DNA from: Octopus bimaculoides
Lineage: Eukaryota
Assembly (NCBI RefSeq): GCF_001194135.2
Contig: NC_068982.1
Span: 125,461,765-125,525,764 of the forward strand
Direction: 5' to 3'
Length of the DNA stretch: 64,000 bases
Part shown: positions 12,748 to 28,304 of the stretch, in pieces
Layout of the letters: each line of letters begins with the position of its first letter
How positions within the stretch are numbered: the first letter of the stretch is position 1
Translations under genes and position numbers: made by a program
Notes under the pieces: model-generated
What the model was told of the DNA's origin: nothing
What the model saw: only the letters and a program-made list of their open reading frames with translations
Database searches by the model: none

Positions 12748-13116
12748 GTGGAGGCGCAATGGCCCAGTGGTTAGGGCAGTGGACTCGCGGTCACAGGATC
12801 GCGGTTTCGATACCCAGACCGGGCGTTGTGAGTGTTTATTGAGCGAAAACACCTAAAGCTCCACGAGGCAGGGGATGGTGGCGAACTCTGCTGTACTATT
12901 TCACCACAGCTTTCTCTTACTTCCTGTTTCTGTTGTACCTGTAATTCAAAGGGTCAGCCTTGTCACACTGTGTCACGCTGAATATCCCCAGGAACTACGT
13001 TAAGGGTACACGTGTCTGTGGAGTGCTCAGCCACTTGCACGTTAATTTCACGAGCTGGTTGTTCCGTTGATCGGATCAACTGGAACCCTCGTCGTCGTAA
13101 GCGACAGAGTGCCAAC
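12748..13116 (+). mobile_element. SINE family C, full length
   Basis: gtggaggcgcaatggcccagtggttaggg head, ggtttcga B box, 3' end gtcgtaagcgac(a/g)gagtgccaac. Confidence 0.9.
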
Positions 13117-13251
13117 AATTCCCCCTGTACAAACAAGACAAAAAATATCACTAACCTTGATTATTAGTTCACAAAAAAAAAACGTAAGAACACCTCGGAA
13201 ATTGATGTTTAACAAAAATTTCAACGGAGACGTGTAGTAGGGAATGAATTT

Positions 13252-14770
13252 AATTGTTTGGTAAGGAGCGTGAGAAGTCCAGTCGTACTTCGGTTTTATT
13301 AGACTTTCTCAATGAAGTAAAGTGTAGTGTTACCAATACCTCCCAGAGCCTAGATGATTGAAAGAATATGAATATTTTGAGTGAAGAAACATTGATAGGT
13401 TTCGCAATTCCAAAGAATGACATAGGGATAAATAAGGGTGTCATAAATGAGGGAGTTCTTTTGCATGGAAAACATATTGTTATTTATTGCAAGGTGTTGT
13501 CTAATGCAGTGAGCCATAAGAAATATTTAATTGATTAAAAATACAACTATAATACATACATACATATACGTACACACATTCCGACGGTGAGATTGCTTGA
13601 ACTTGCTTCACACTACTTGTCTGTTAGGCACCTTTTCTTCGGTGTTACTTGGATGGCATTTCTGAGAGAATCCTAGACCAACAGTGCATCTCTGCCCGGT
13701 AAGGAGGGTATCTTTCAGCAGCCTGATGGACTCTGTCGCTTAATCTGTTAGTCGTGTCAAACTGACATCCTAACAGTTTCATATAGAGCATCTTCTTTCG
13801 CTGAAATCTAAACCTGCAGCAAACAAATGAGTGATTCGTGTTGCAGTTGGCACTCTAAAAGGATTGAGACACAAGCACATTTCTCAAGTACAGCGTCTTG
13901 TACGAGGTCTGATAAGTGCTCGTGTTTGAGTGACGATATTCCCAAGGTACCTTGTGTTGGGTATTATATGGAAATATTTGTAACGCGATTCATAGCGTAT
14001 AAAACTCATGCAATTTCATCCGTTATCTTCTATGCTGCCAATCACATGCTGTCCTAAACAGCTTGACCAGAAGTTGGAGTTGGCACCCATTTTGGCATTC
14101 TAGTACCAAACGGCAGCAGCTGTCTCCTTGATTGCCCCTCAGATCTAGTCTTGAATTCAGCTTTTGTATCTTGTGTAGCATAGAGGCTTGCAACATAGAC
14201 TCTGACAAGGTTGGACTTATTGGATGCAAGGAGTCAAAGGGCCAAAACTTGCTCAATTTCGCCATCACTAGATACCCCTTTCCTTTACTGCACATAGACA
14301 GCATAAAAGGAATGTCTTTAATTTTAATAATTTTCTTTCACTGCTACACTTTCTAATTTTGAAGTTACTTTCAATCCTTCTTTTACACGCTGTACTACGC
14401 ATAAAATATTTATTATTTATTAAACGAGATATCGAAAGTTCAAGACGCAAATTATTGTATTTACCGACGTATAAGACGCGCTCATTTTACTTTTAAATAT
14501 ATCCAAAAATTGTTTCGCATCTAAAGCGGCCGAATTACGGTTGAAAGATCGATTGGCAAGGCAAGGGAATTGTTTGGTAAGGAGCGTGAGAAGTCCAGTC
14601 GTACTTCGGTTTTATTAGACTTTCTCAATGAAGTAAAGTGTAGTGTTACCAATACCTCCCAGAGCCTAGATGATTGAAAGAATATGAATATTTTGAGTGA
14701 AGAAACATTGATAGGTGTCGCAATTCCAAAGAATGGCATAGGGATAAATAAGGGTGTCATAAATGAGGGA
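13252..14770 (+). repeat. 203-bp direct repeat pair (13252-13454 and 14568-14770)
   Basis: Near-identical by eye (2 substitutions seen), about 1.1 kb apart. Confidence 0.9.
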
Positions 14771-14844
14771 TAATTACTGTTAATAATTAAACATTGGAAA
14801 GAAATTATAATGAAAATATCGTTAATATCTTTTCATTTAACTTT

Positions 14845-15227
14845 CTCAGACGTGGCTATCTGGTAAGTAGTTTAATTCTCATCCACATCATTCCGGGTTC
14901 AGTTCCATAGCATGGCACCTTGAGCAAGTGTCTTCTGTTATAACCACGGGCCAACCAAAGCCTTATGAATGGATTTAGTAGACGGAAACTGAAAGAAGAC
15001 CATCTTGTGTGTGTATGTGTGTGCGTGTGTGTTTGTGTGTGTGTCTTTGTCTCCCACAGCCGCTTGACAACCGGTGTTAGTGCGCTTATGTCCCTGTAAT
15101 TTAGCGGTTCGGTACAATAAACTGATAGAATAAGTAACAGACTTTACGATTCGCTCGACTAAAATTCTCCTAGGGGTTGCCCCAGCATGGCCGCAGTCTA
15201 ATGACTGAAAGAAGTCAAGGATATAAG
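14845..15227 (+). mobile_element. SINE family A, diverged copy
   Basis: Head, core, internal (TG)n and tail all recognisable. Confidence 0.8.
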
Positions 15228-16088
15228 AACTATCTTCTCATTTAACTTTCTCTAGAATTCAAGATTCAATGCTGTTGACTCAATGGGATATTCTTTTTAG
15301 GCATTCATTACAATACGTGATACTTGTAAAGATATCACAGTAATGTTTAAAAACGTGAGGAGACTATATAGTAAAGAGACTATATATCAGTGTAATTTCC
15401 TTCAATGAACAGACAAAGTAGCCTTTTCCAACATATAGCATAGATTAAAGTATGTGAAATGTAAAAAGCTAATTTTATACAAATCAGCATTTAATTGAAA
15501 TGACGATTGTGTGTGTAAGCATTTTTTTTAATACAAAAGAAAAGAAACGTCCATTGCGTTTGGAGCACATGAATGAGCTGTTTGAAGAGGAATTAAACCG
15601 AGTAATGAAACAGGGTTAATTTCAAAGACTTCCTGAAGAGCAAGTTTGCTTAGTCATTCAAGTCAATTTGAAAAGAAATTCTCTTGAAGAGTCATTGATG
15701 ACTTTTCAATAAAGAACCACTACCAAAAGACTAATTATAGTAACTGCAGCAAATGTTACAACAGGCGGAAGTTAGAACAAAAGCGTTGGTATTATCTATA
15801 GAAGACATTATGGTGGACCTTGCTTATAAATAAACTCACCCACAGAAAAAAAGTATTAATGGATACACTTACAACATATAACGCAATGTAAAAGTTTGAG
15901 AAAAACTGTAAATTCATTAATTTTTTTCTTTTCTTTTTTTAGAAAAATTTAATTATTCTGTTGTGTCTGGGGAGAGTCACTTTCTTATTGTGCCTTGAAA
16001 TTTAACACACTCGCCGTTAAAATTTCCACTTATTTCTTATTTTTATTTTCCTAAAATTTTCGTTGCGTCTTGCAACCTTATCAATAGT

Positions 16089-16555
16089 CTTTCTACTACA
16101 GGCAAAAGGCCTGAAATTTTGGGAAAAGAGGTAAGACGGTTACATCGACCCCAGTGCGTAACTGGTAATTATTTAATGAGCCCCAAAAGGATAAAAGGCA
16201 AAGACAACCTCGATGGAATTTGAACTCAGAACGCAGCGACGGGTACAATGCCGCTAAGCATTTCGTCCAGCGTGTTAATGATTATCCCAGCTCGCCGCTT
16301 TAATAAAAGTAATAATAATAATAATAATAATAATTATTATTATTATTATTATTATTATCTTTTATTTTTATTTTTTCTACAAAAGGCACAAGGCCTGAAA
16401 TTTGGTGGGAGGGGACTAGTAGATTACATCGACCCCAGTTTCACTGGTATTTGATTTATCCTTCTCGAAAGGATGAAAGGCAAAATCGACCTCGGTGGAA
16501 TTTGAACTCAGAACGCAGCGACGGGCGAATTGCCGTTAAGCATTTCGTCCAGAGT
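16089..16555 (-). mobile_element. Two SINE family B copies (16089-16299, 16372-16555) separated by (AAT)n(TAT)n
   Basis: Reverse complement of the family B head and core. Confidence 0.85.
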
Positions 16556-16559
16556 ACTT

Positions 16560-17939
16560 GGTGTGATGAAATCGGTGTCTGTGATGTCTGCATGGTTGTA
16601 TACATGTACCATTACTTCTTTATTGGTTGTGCTTATTGTTGTGTAGTTGATGATTGTGTGTTGCTAGTGTTGGGTGTGTGCAGGCAGCGAGTTGTGTGTG
16701 TGAACTGGGTTGTGCTTGTGGTGATGTTGACGACGGTGCTGATGGGGATGCTGTTGTTGTTGACAGTACAATACGGTCGCTGCCAGTAAGGAGATGTTTA
16801 CTATTGGTGGAACCTCCGATACCTTCACTCTGACAACTCTTCGACCGAGGTACGTGGGAAACATATGTAATTCTTCGGTCTTCAGGGTTTGTTTGGCCAG
16901 TTGTTCACTTGTGAATCCCGCATCTACTCCACCAAAGCTTTTATCACGTGGGACGTAAGACTTTTGGTTCCATACAGGTCTCAAGCATTTTTCGAACTGA
17001 GCCTGCGTGGCTCTTTCCATCTTGTGTGTTTTCAATGATATACATCTGTATACAATAGTGCTCCTCCTTGTCTCTTTCTGCACCTCCTTTAGTGTGTTCA
17101 GGTGAACTGTCCAGCCGATTCTAGTTAGCTCTAGCCAAGGCAGTTTCTGACAATTGCACCTCTTCCATCGTGCGGCACATTTCGACAAATCTACTTGGTG
17201 TTTCTTAAGAAGAAGCAACCGACGTTGCTGCTTTGAAAATCTTTTCTTTTTCTTTGCTGGACGTGGTAGTGGCGGCGGTGGCGAAATCTGCAGGTGTTTC
17301 ACGTGAAAGAATTCTTTTTACTTTCTCTTTACTTTCTTCCTTATTTTTGTTACTCTGGTTGGTCCTCGTGGTGGCAGTGATGGTAGCGGTGTTAGTGATC
17401 TTCTCCGCTCCCTCCTTCATGCTTCCGTCGGTGTTCATGGTATTGTTGTTGTTGTTAGCGGTGGTGGTGCTGCTGCAGTTCACATTGTTGTTGCTACTGT
17501 CGTCGTCGTCATTATCGTTGTTGTGGGTACTTTTGTACGTGTTACTGTCGTAGCAACAGGAGGAAATTATATTTCTCTTTGGCGAGAAATTAATTTCACC
17601 TTCGCCTGCGTTTCTGTTAAGAGTTTAAAGTAAGTCAACAGGACGCTGTTCTTGGTCGATTATTATTATTTTTTCATTATCCGGCATATTTTTTAGAGTT
17701 GGAAAAAAAAAATGAATAAAATCCTGTTTTCACAAAAATGCGAAAATGCAAAACAATTATTACACCCTCAAAACGGGGGTGAACTTACACAAAATGTTAC
17801 CACCATGATCTAGACAATGCGAGCAAAATACTTGTTAAATGAAATTTTGAATGAACGGGCTACAACCAGCCGAAACGATTGCTTAAACACTTACAAATCA
17901 CGGAACTACAACTTTGTATAACTTCACAGGCTGATGGCC

Positions 17940-17940
<1 letters not shown>
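16560..17940 (-). mobile_element. 5' end (UTR plus decayed ORF1) of a non-LTR retrotransposon, L1/Tx1-like
   Basis: ATG at 17687, low-complexity N-terminus, then FPTYLGRRVVRVKVSEVPP resembling the Tx1-type ORF1 RRM; frameshifts and stops. Confidence 0.55.
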
Positions 17941-19400
<1,460 letters not shown>

Positions 19401-20029
19401 GTTGTCGCATTTCCCCGCTACTAATCCTCTGCAAATATCTAAAGTGGAACATCCGCCGATCCTATTGCCTGACTTGTTGAGGAANNNNNNNNNNNNNNNN
19501 NNNNNNNNNNNNNNNNNNNNNNNNNNNNNNNNNNNNNNNNNNNNNNNNNNNNNNNNNNNNNNNNNNNNNNNNNNNNNNNNNNNNNNNNNNNNNNNNNNNN
19601 NNNNNNNNNNNNNNNNNNNNNNNNNNNNNNNNNNNNNNNNNNNNNNNNNNNNNNNNNNNNNNNNNNNNNNNNNNNNNNNNNNNNNNNNNNNNNNNNNNNN
19701 NNNNNNNNNNNNNNNNNNNNNNNNNNNNNNNNNNNNNNNNNNNNNNNNNNNNNNNNNNNNNNNNNNNNNNNNNNNNNNNNNNNNNNNNNNNNNNNNNNNN
19801 NNNNNNNNNNNNNNNNNNNNNNNNNNNNNNNNNNNNNNNNNNNNNNNNNNNGGGGGGGATTAGTCGATTAAACTGACCTCAGATTATGACTATTACTTTT
19901 TTCAACAAACCTAGGAGTTTGAAAAGCAAAATTGATATCGACAAGATTTTGACATCCAGCCACAACACGGATGTGGATATCACCCCATCATAGTCTAAAC
20001 CATTCTCAGCGGCACCCGTGAAGTCGACT

Positions 20030-20690
20030 ATACATCCACCCACTTACCCCCTGTCTACCTCACCAACAACTGCCTCCTATTTCTCTTCACTTAACATTCT
20101 TTCATATTACTCCACTAGTACAGTATTCTATTCACTTGTCTCCAATCCAACAGTAATGCTTCTTACAAACCTCCAGCCCGTCAATTTCCTCTTTGAAACG
20201 CAGTCGCAACCTACGTAACTTACTGGCAGAAATTTTTCACCTCTCACTGTTCTAAGATCTAACCCGGGTCTCTTCTATGTTTCCGAACTTGCTGTCACAT
20301 CTAGCCGTTCCTCGTCACCACAAATACTACTCTCACCTGACCCAACAGTTAATTCCTTTCCCAAACCAATTCTTTTAGCAGCACCCCTAAAAATCTCCTT
20401 TACTTATCTGCTGCTAAAAATGCTCTCTTTGCAACTCTTAGTACATCAGACAAACTGGCCGGCGTCTGGCCGACCAATTTACGAAGCACCTCCGAGACAT
20501 TCAGCACAGGAACGAGTCTCCCGTCTCGCACCATTTCCGTTCTGCAGATTACTCCACCCTGCATCTCTCGGTATGCTTCCTTGCTCTGTACAGCACCTCA
20601 CGCAACTCTCGTTCTTGTAGAGAATAATAAATGATATTTTCTCTATAAACTTCTACTGCTCACGGTCTCATTTCCAAACCTCTCTTTTTT
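20030..20690 (+). mobile_element. Penelope-like element, decayed GIY-YIG endonuclease region
   Basis: C*KCSLCNS*YIRQTGRRLADQFTKHLRDIQHRNESPVSHHF. Confidence 0.75.
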
Positions 20691-20933
20691 AATACCTCCT
20701 ACTAATGTCATCTCTCACGCGCATATACAATGATATGCATACATACGCGTTCATATACATGCACGCGCGCACGACTTTCACACAGAGCACAAACACAAAA
20801 CAAACATGCAAAGCAAACACACAATTCAAAAATACGCACATACACACAGCAAGAATACATTACTACAAAAACATGTACGAAATACTAGTGAGCACACACA
20901 TACAGACACACACACACACACACATACACAGAC

Positions 20934-20974
<41 letters not shown>

Positions 20975-21547
20975 TATTTTCGAAGACATTAAAACGATAC
21001 TATAAACACAAACATAATTCCATTCCTAACCATGTGCATATACACACACCCTATTTATAAAATATACACAAATGTATGCAGATGTAACACACGTAACACA
21101 TACATACAATAAAGCACAAACAGACACACAAACGCTTACTAAAAGCTAGGCAGTCGCTGCTAGACAAATACGCGCAATTTGTTCTGCTGCATACATATTA
21201 AATAACAACAAAAACAACCTGTTCCAAAACAAGTAATAAGCACACACAGAAAAACTAACTTATCATACGTTAATTTTTGTGTATACATATACTATATGTA
21301 TACACCGTTCACACTCATACACACTAGAACAAAAACATACACATACACACAAGACAGCGAGACACACACACACATACATACACAAACACACACATGCATA
21401 CACAAACACACACACACACACGTATGACTAAACAAGACGGTGACATACACACGCACAACAACAGACTTGCACACAAAAAATACAAGCGCATACGCGTAGT
21501 CCTCAAGTATATATACATTCAATGTGAATTTATACACAAACTTACAC

Positions 21548-21705
21548 CAGGAGTGGCTGTGTGGTAAGTAGCTAGCTTACCAGCCACATGGTTCCGGGTT
21601 CAGTCCCACTGCGTGGCACCTTGGGCAAGTGTCTTCTACTATAGCCTCGGGCCGATCAAAGCCTTGTAAGTGGATTTGGTAGACGGAAACTGAAAGAAGC
21701 CCGTC

Positions 21706-21741
<36 letters not shown>

Positions 21742-22805
21742 NNNNNNNNNNNNNNNNNNNNNNNNNNNNNNNNNNNNNNNNNNNNNNNNNNNNNNNNNNN
21801 NNNNNNNNNNNNNNNNNNNNNNNNNNNNNNNNNNNNNNNNNNNNNNNNNNNNNNNNNNNNNNNNNNNNNNNNNNNNNNNNNNNNNNNNNNNNNNNNNNNN
21901 NNNNNNNNNNNNNNNNNNNNNNNNNNNNNNNNNNNNNNNNNNNNNNNNNNNNNNNNNNNNNNNNNNNNNNNNNNNNNNNNNNNNNNNNNNNNNNNNNNNN
22001 NNNNNNNNNNNNNNNNNNNNNNNNNNNNNNNNNNNNNNNNNNNNNNNNNNNNNNNNNNNNNNNNNNNNNNNNNNNNNNNNNNNNNNNNNNNNNNNNNNNN
22101 NNNNNNNNNNNNNNNNNNNNNNNNNNNNNNNNNNNNNNNNNNNNNNNNNNNNNNNNNNNNNNNNNNNNNNNNNNNNNNNNNNNNNNNNNNNNNNNNNNNN
22201 NNNNNNNNNNNNNNNNNNNNNNNNNNNNNNNNNNNNNNNNNNNNNNNNNNNNNNNNNNNNNNNNNNNNNNNNNNNNNNNNNNNNNNNNNNNNNNNNNNNN
22301 NNNNNNNNNNNNNNNNNNNNNNNNNNNNNNNNNNNNNNNNNNNNNNNNNNNNNNNNNNNNNNNNNNNNNNNNNNNNNNNNNNNNNNNNNNNNNNNNNNNN
22401 NNNNNNNNNNNNNNNNNNNNNNNNNNNNNNNNNNNNNNNNNNNNNNNNNNNNNNNNNNNNNNNNNNNNNNNNNNNNNNNNNNNNNNNNNNNNNNNNNNNN
22501 NNNNNNNNNNNNNNNNNNNNNNNNNNNNNNNNNNNNNNNNNNNNNNNNNNNNNNNNNNNNNNNNNNNNNNNNNNNNNNNNNNNNNNNNNNNNNNNNNNNN
22601 NNNNNNNNNNNNNNNNNNNNNNNNATCGCTTGACAATTCATGCTGGTGTGTTTATGTCCCCGTAACTTAGCGGTTCGGCAAAGGGGACCGATATAATAAG
22701 TACTAGGCTTACAAAGAATAAGTCCTGGGGTCGATTTGCTCGACTAAAGGCGGTGCTCCAGCATGGCCGCAGTCAAATGACTGAAACGAATAAAAGAATA
22801 AAAGA
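21548..22805 (+). mobile_element. SINE family A with gap at its internal microsatellite
   Basis: Head and tail flank an N run that begins in (TA)n. Confidence 0.85.
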
Positions 22806-23297
22806 AAATACTGTAAAATCCACACTCACATACTCACACTTTAAAAGAAAATATACAACATGCTACACAACATACAGACACACACAAAATCCGGTGAGAG
22901 CGCACACGTATTCAACGTTCACGCACGCATATACTTACTGTAGATATAATCAAATGCGAACATAAGCTCAATTTCACACCACAAGAGAAAGTAAACATGT
23001 TCGGTCGCACACACGTACACACCCGCAATAACATGTACAAACGCACACACATACACACACATACATACATACAAACATACACACGCATAAACATGCACGC
23101 GCACACACATACAGTAAAGATAATAAGCAAACGCACATACGCTTAAATTCGCTTATACATGCTGCAAACATGTCAAATATTACATAGCCAAAATAAACAC
23201 AACACATACGCGCACGCGCACTCATACACGACTAAAACACACACATTTGCGCTACCACGTAATCAAAAATTACACAAACATCATAATGTATAGGCAG

Positions 23298-23343
<46 letters not shown>

Positions 23344-24029
23344 ATCAAAACATACACACGCCATCACATATACATACGCACATCAACTAAAAGTACACAA
23401 ACACCGCGCGTGAAAAATCACGGCACGCACACNNNNNNNNNNNNNNNNNNNNNNNNNNNNNNNNNNNNNNNNNNNNNNNNNNNNNNNNNNNNNNNNNNNN
23501 NNNNNNNNNNNNNNNNNNNNNNNNNNNNNNNNNNNNNNNNNNNNNNNNNNNNNNNNNNNNNNNNNNNNNNNNNNNNNNNNNNNNNNNNNNNNNNNNNNNN
23601 NNNNNNNNNNNNNNNNNNNNNNNNNNNNNNNNNNNNNNNNNNNNNNNNNNNNNNNNNNNNNNNNNNNNNNNNNNNNNNNNNNNNNNNNNNNNNNNNNNNN
23701 NNNNNNNNNNNNNNNNNNNNNNNNNNNNNNNNNNNNNNNNNNNNNNNNNNNNNNNNNNNNNNNNNNNNNNNNNNNNNNNNNNNNNNNNNNNNNNNNNNNN
23801 NNNNNNNNNNNNNNNNNNNNNNNNNNNNNNNNNNNNNNNNNNNNNNNNNNNNNNNNNNNNNNNNNNNNNNNNNNNNNNNNNNNNNNNNNNNNNNNNNNNN
23901 NNNNNNNNNNNNNNNNNNNNNNNNNNNNNNNNNNNNNNNNNNNNNNNNNNNNNNNNNNNNNNNNNNNNNNNNNNNNNNNNNNNNNNNNNNNNNNNNNNNN
24001 NNNNNNNNNNNNNNNNNNNNNNNNNNNAT

Positions 24030-25130
24030 ATATATATATATATATATAAGAAGGTTTGGAGGTGATGTACAGGTATTATATATTAGAAAAAATAAGGTAT
24101 TCAGAGATCTGGATTGTTGTACATTTCGTCCTACAAAACCCCAAAATGGGAAACCTATTAAACAAATATTGCATTAAAAAAACAGTAAACGCCAAGAGGA
24201 AAACCTGAAGAAACACCTAACAAGAGCAAAATTCTCATCAGAGAATAAAACCGAATTCTTTGTAAAAGAGTGTGGAGATGATAGACGTGGGATCTGCAGT
24301 AACCCCATCTACAAATATATGGAGGGAAACAAACAAATAACATTTAAAAGTCGTCACACATTGAAAGTAAATGCAGACATGAATTGCAAGACGCGGAACG
24401 TAATATACTGCATAATCTGTCCCACATGCAAGGAGAATTATATAGGCGAAACTGGAAATTCTTTATGCCAACGAGCCAGAATTCACCGACAACATATCCG
24501 ACAGGAGGAACTACGAAAGATTCCACTGAGTAAACACTTAGAAGCATGTGGAGAAGGAAAATTTAAGATCCTTCCCTTCCATAAGTGCTCAAGGAATAAC
24601 ACATCCTTCAGAAAAAATATGGAACAATACTTCATAACAAAGTTCTCCGCCAAACTGAATGGCTGAAAATATGAAAATCACAAACCATCTAGAACTATTA
24701 ACTTAGTCTGTATAATAATGTCCTCACGATGTACAAGAAATTGTATGCATATCTGTTTCATTGAGCTCCTTCACAAGACACTTTCCCTTGTACATTATTG
24801 CCCCTCCTAATATCTTTATTTTTGTAAAGAATTGTTTCTTATCTTCATTCTGTAATGATTTGTACTGGATGAAGGACCAATTTTGTAAAGTAAACTATTT
24901 TTTTATATTTCACCAACAATTTTCATCCATTCACATACTTCACTATCTTTGTATTTCATACCTTTACATATACTTTCTCTATCTTTGTAATTATATTTAT
25001 TTGTATTTTTATTCCATAACAGATTTGATCCTAAAGGTGAACCCAAAACTATTTTAGAACTTGTTATTTCGGTATCTAAAACAATGGCACCATTTGCCAA
25101 TTTATATTGGTGAATGACTACAGAAATGCT
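24030..25130 (+). mobile_element. Penelope-like element 3' part; GIY-YIG ORF open over 24319-24666
   Basis: NCKTRNVIYCIICPTCKENYIGETGNSLCQRARIHRQHI...NMEQYFITKF; the 3' noncoding region also occurs inverted at 60140-60480. Confidence 0.9.
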
Positions 25131-27119
25131 ATTTTGTATTTATTTTTGATCCATGCCTATGACAAAATGAACTTACCAATATTTAGATACCTCACTCATT
25201 GATTCATCACAATATTTCATTATTCTCGATCTTTATTCAACTTTGGAACAAGAGAGCCTAAAAGAGGCAAGAAACCCAAATAGTGGGACATTTTTGTACC
25301 AACTGGAATTGAACCTGGTTAACCTGGTTTTCATATTTGCCTCCGTTCTTTTATGAAAAAAAAATTTTTTATGTTTTTTTTTGTCTTATTGAAAGAACTG
25401 ACCAGCTGTATAGATGTAAATACAACTTTTTCTTCTTCCTTTCTTCCTCTTTTCTTTCCTTCTCTTTTCCATTGACACTCCTTTCAGATACACAGGCATA
25501 CACACATACACGCACACACACACNNNNNNNNNNNNNNNNNNNNNNNNNNNNNNNNNNNNNNNNNNNNNNNNNNNNNNNNNNNNNNNNNNNNNNNNNNNNN
25601 NNNNNNNNNNNNNNNNNNNNNNNNNNNNNNNNNNNNNNNNNNNNNNNNNNNNNNNNNNNNNNNNNNNNNNNNNNNNNNNNNNNNNNNNNNNNNNNNNNNN
25701 NNNNNNNNNNNNNNNNNNNNNNNNNNNNNNNNNNNNNNNNNNNNNNNNNNNNNNNNNNNNNNNNNNNNNNNNNNNNNNNNNNNNNNNNNNNNNNNNNNNN
25801 NNNNNNNNNNNNNNNNNNNNNNNNNNNNNNNNNNNNNNNNNNNNNNNNNNNNNNNNNNNNNNNNNNNNNNNNNNNNNNNNNNNNNNNNNNNNNNNNNNNN
25901 NNNNNNNNNNNNNNNNNNNNNNNNNNNNNNNNNNNNNNNNNNNNNNNNNNNNNNNNNNNNNNNNNNNNNNNNNNNNNNNNNNNNNNNNNNNNNNNNNNNT
26001 TATCCTATTATTGAATGTTCACGTCTGGCCGCATAGCCTTTTCCGTTTGTTTTCCTGTCTTGTTTTTTGTCTGCCACGACATTCCTCCACGGCACAGGTT
26101 TAATTTGTGTATACAAATTTAATTTGCGGTCCATGGGAAGAGCCATTTTAACGATCCATCCTACCCAACTCTTCGAAACGCCGGTATTAAAATGGGGGTA
26201 GCTGATGAAGGAAAATGTTCTCTATGTGGCTTGTGTGTTTTCTGTACTCTGGTTATTATTATTTTCTTGTCTACGTTTTGTTTGCAATGTCCTGTACCCA
26301 GATATGCACCTATATATACAGGTAGACGTAGGTATGCACATACCTGTATGTATATATGCATATACTCATTTATTATTTGTTATATATATATATATTTATG
26401 TATGTATGCATGTATGCATATGTACATATATCCAAGACAATTCCATGAATAAGAAGAATAATACATCTGCACATTCTTTTTTATTGTTATACAGTATATT
26501 TAATCTAAATCTGTCCGACACGTGTTTACTGCATGGATATCTCGCAATGTGGTATTTATTTGCATCTGGTTTGTTCATCTGGTTAAGAGTCTATACAGCT
26601 TTATTCAAGGTGTTGCACACTGCTGTGGTTTGAAGCAAACTAAAATATGTTGGTTTAGGTGGTATTATATTTGGTAGGGGACGGTAATTTTTGAGTGCAA
26701 AGAATTAGAGAGGAACATTTTAAAACCTGATACGGTTATAAAAACGGTTATTGGATGACCCTATGATTACCCTAACGTTGGAAATTTGAATCATGACTAC
26801 TACATCCGAAGCTTGCCTTAACTGTCCACTAGCCTCAATCGAAGTAAAAAGGGAAAATTTCAGAATTAGAGGTTTATAATTAAAGGTCACTAAGTCAAAT
26901 ATAATTTACATGTAAATACCATCCTTCTAGACAGAGAATATAGAATAAAGAGTAATTTAATTCATATATGAAGTTTTACACACGAAAACAAAAAATTATT
27001 TGAAGAACAATTATTATTAGGATATAAGTAAATGAGATATTGCTCTAATATTTACCATGTAAACTATAGCACCTCCAGTCTCTGTGGTATTTAATTAGAA
27101 ATCTTATCTTGAGAAATAT

Positions 27120-27700
27120 TTGAATACTTTTCTGTGAAGGTGCGCACATATGAGGGCTGATTAATTTTTGTTGTTTAATAACTGGTATTTAGACGTGAAA
27201 ATATGGAGTATTTCTCCTAGACATAAATTGCATTTCATGCCTCCGATTACGTAAGGCTCTGTCCTGCCAATAATTTCCCATTCTATATCAAAGTTCGTGT
27301 TTCTATCTTTTAAGGACCGAAGAAACCCACTTACGTTTGTGCTATGCATTTTCTCTCTATCCTTAAAGAAAGCTAGATGGTTATCTAATCTCATTTGAAT
27401 GTAGTCGAGCACATTTCAGTATAAAAATGTGAAATTTTACCTGATGTAACCCTACTCATGTACACTATATTTTCCCTCAAACGTTGTGCGTTGAGAAGGC
27501 AGATTTTCTTGTCATAGCTACAAAGATTTTTATCGATACTAGCTCTACCTGCGCTAATGGGATCAGAATAAGAAACCTCCATATCTTTGTCTAAAGCTCT
27601 GCTAGTGTTTACATTTGGGCTATACTTTCGATTTTGCATGCTATTTTGTCCAAAGTTTCTCACATTTAGTTCGCCTATTTTTGCAGATTAATTCACTACC
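27120..27700 (-). mobile_element. Penelope-like element, decayed GIY-YIG region
   Basis: ENIVYMSRV...FYTEMCSTTFK...STNVSGFLRSLK..FDIEWEIIGR.EPY..G..CNLCL.E...LLNNK. Confidence 0.8.
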
Positions 27701-28304
27701 ACGTATTCCCTTTGACTAGTGCTGATATCTAGATGTGTATGGTGTCCGACATTGTGACGGTAGTAGCATATACCAACACAAATCTTCCTCATTCAAGATG
27801 TGCCAGCGCACGATACTGAATGGTTCCGTACTGACTATTGACCACCAACCGGTTGTCACGGTACATTGTGATGATCCAACTCATGAAAAGGGCCAGAAAA
27901 GGCTTTTGATTAATCTAAGTTGATCAAGGTCCCACCCATGCCAGGCTCCTTACCTACCCTCTCTGTAATGTATCGCATGAGATGGCTGTGATGGATAAAT
28001 TTGTTTGGGATGTCTCATACTTACGCATCCAACCAGACCACTAACTTCAAGCTCCAAACTCTTCGTTAACAGTTTGGACAAAATCATGAAGTCTGATAAG
28101 CGCCCTCTCCAGCTGTGTTCTTCAGCCTTCAGACGCCTGCTGAGATAGGCTCGTTTACTCGGGCCATACTCACTACTTCCATTCATTTTTCCGAAAAATT
28201 ATTGGATGTTAGCACATCCCTCGCCACCGCCATATTCTTCATGGGGAATTTTGGAAATCAATAAAGACTTCGCTGAAGATAAAAGTGTCTATCCTAATAA
28301 TTGT

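Noticed and set aside
12748-12830. tRNA-like sequences at SINE heads
   Set aside because: They have A and B boxes but no complete cloverleaf, and continue into SINE bodies present in many copies.
13252-14770. LTR retrotransposon or TRIM interpretation of the 203-bp repeats
   Set aside because: Homology extends beyond the TG...CA, and there is no PBS, PPT or short TSD.
26150-26225. Hammerhead-like boxes GAAAC...GTA...CTGATGA
   Set aside because: The order would require a type II fold, but stems I and II cannot form convincingly.
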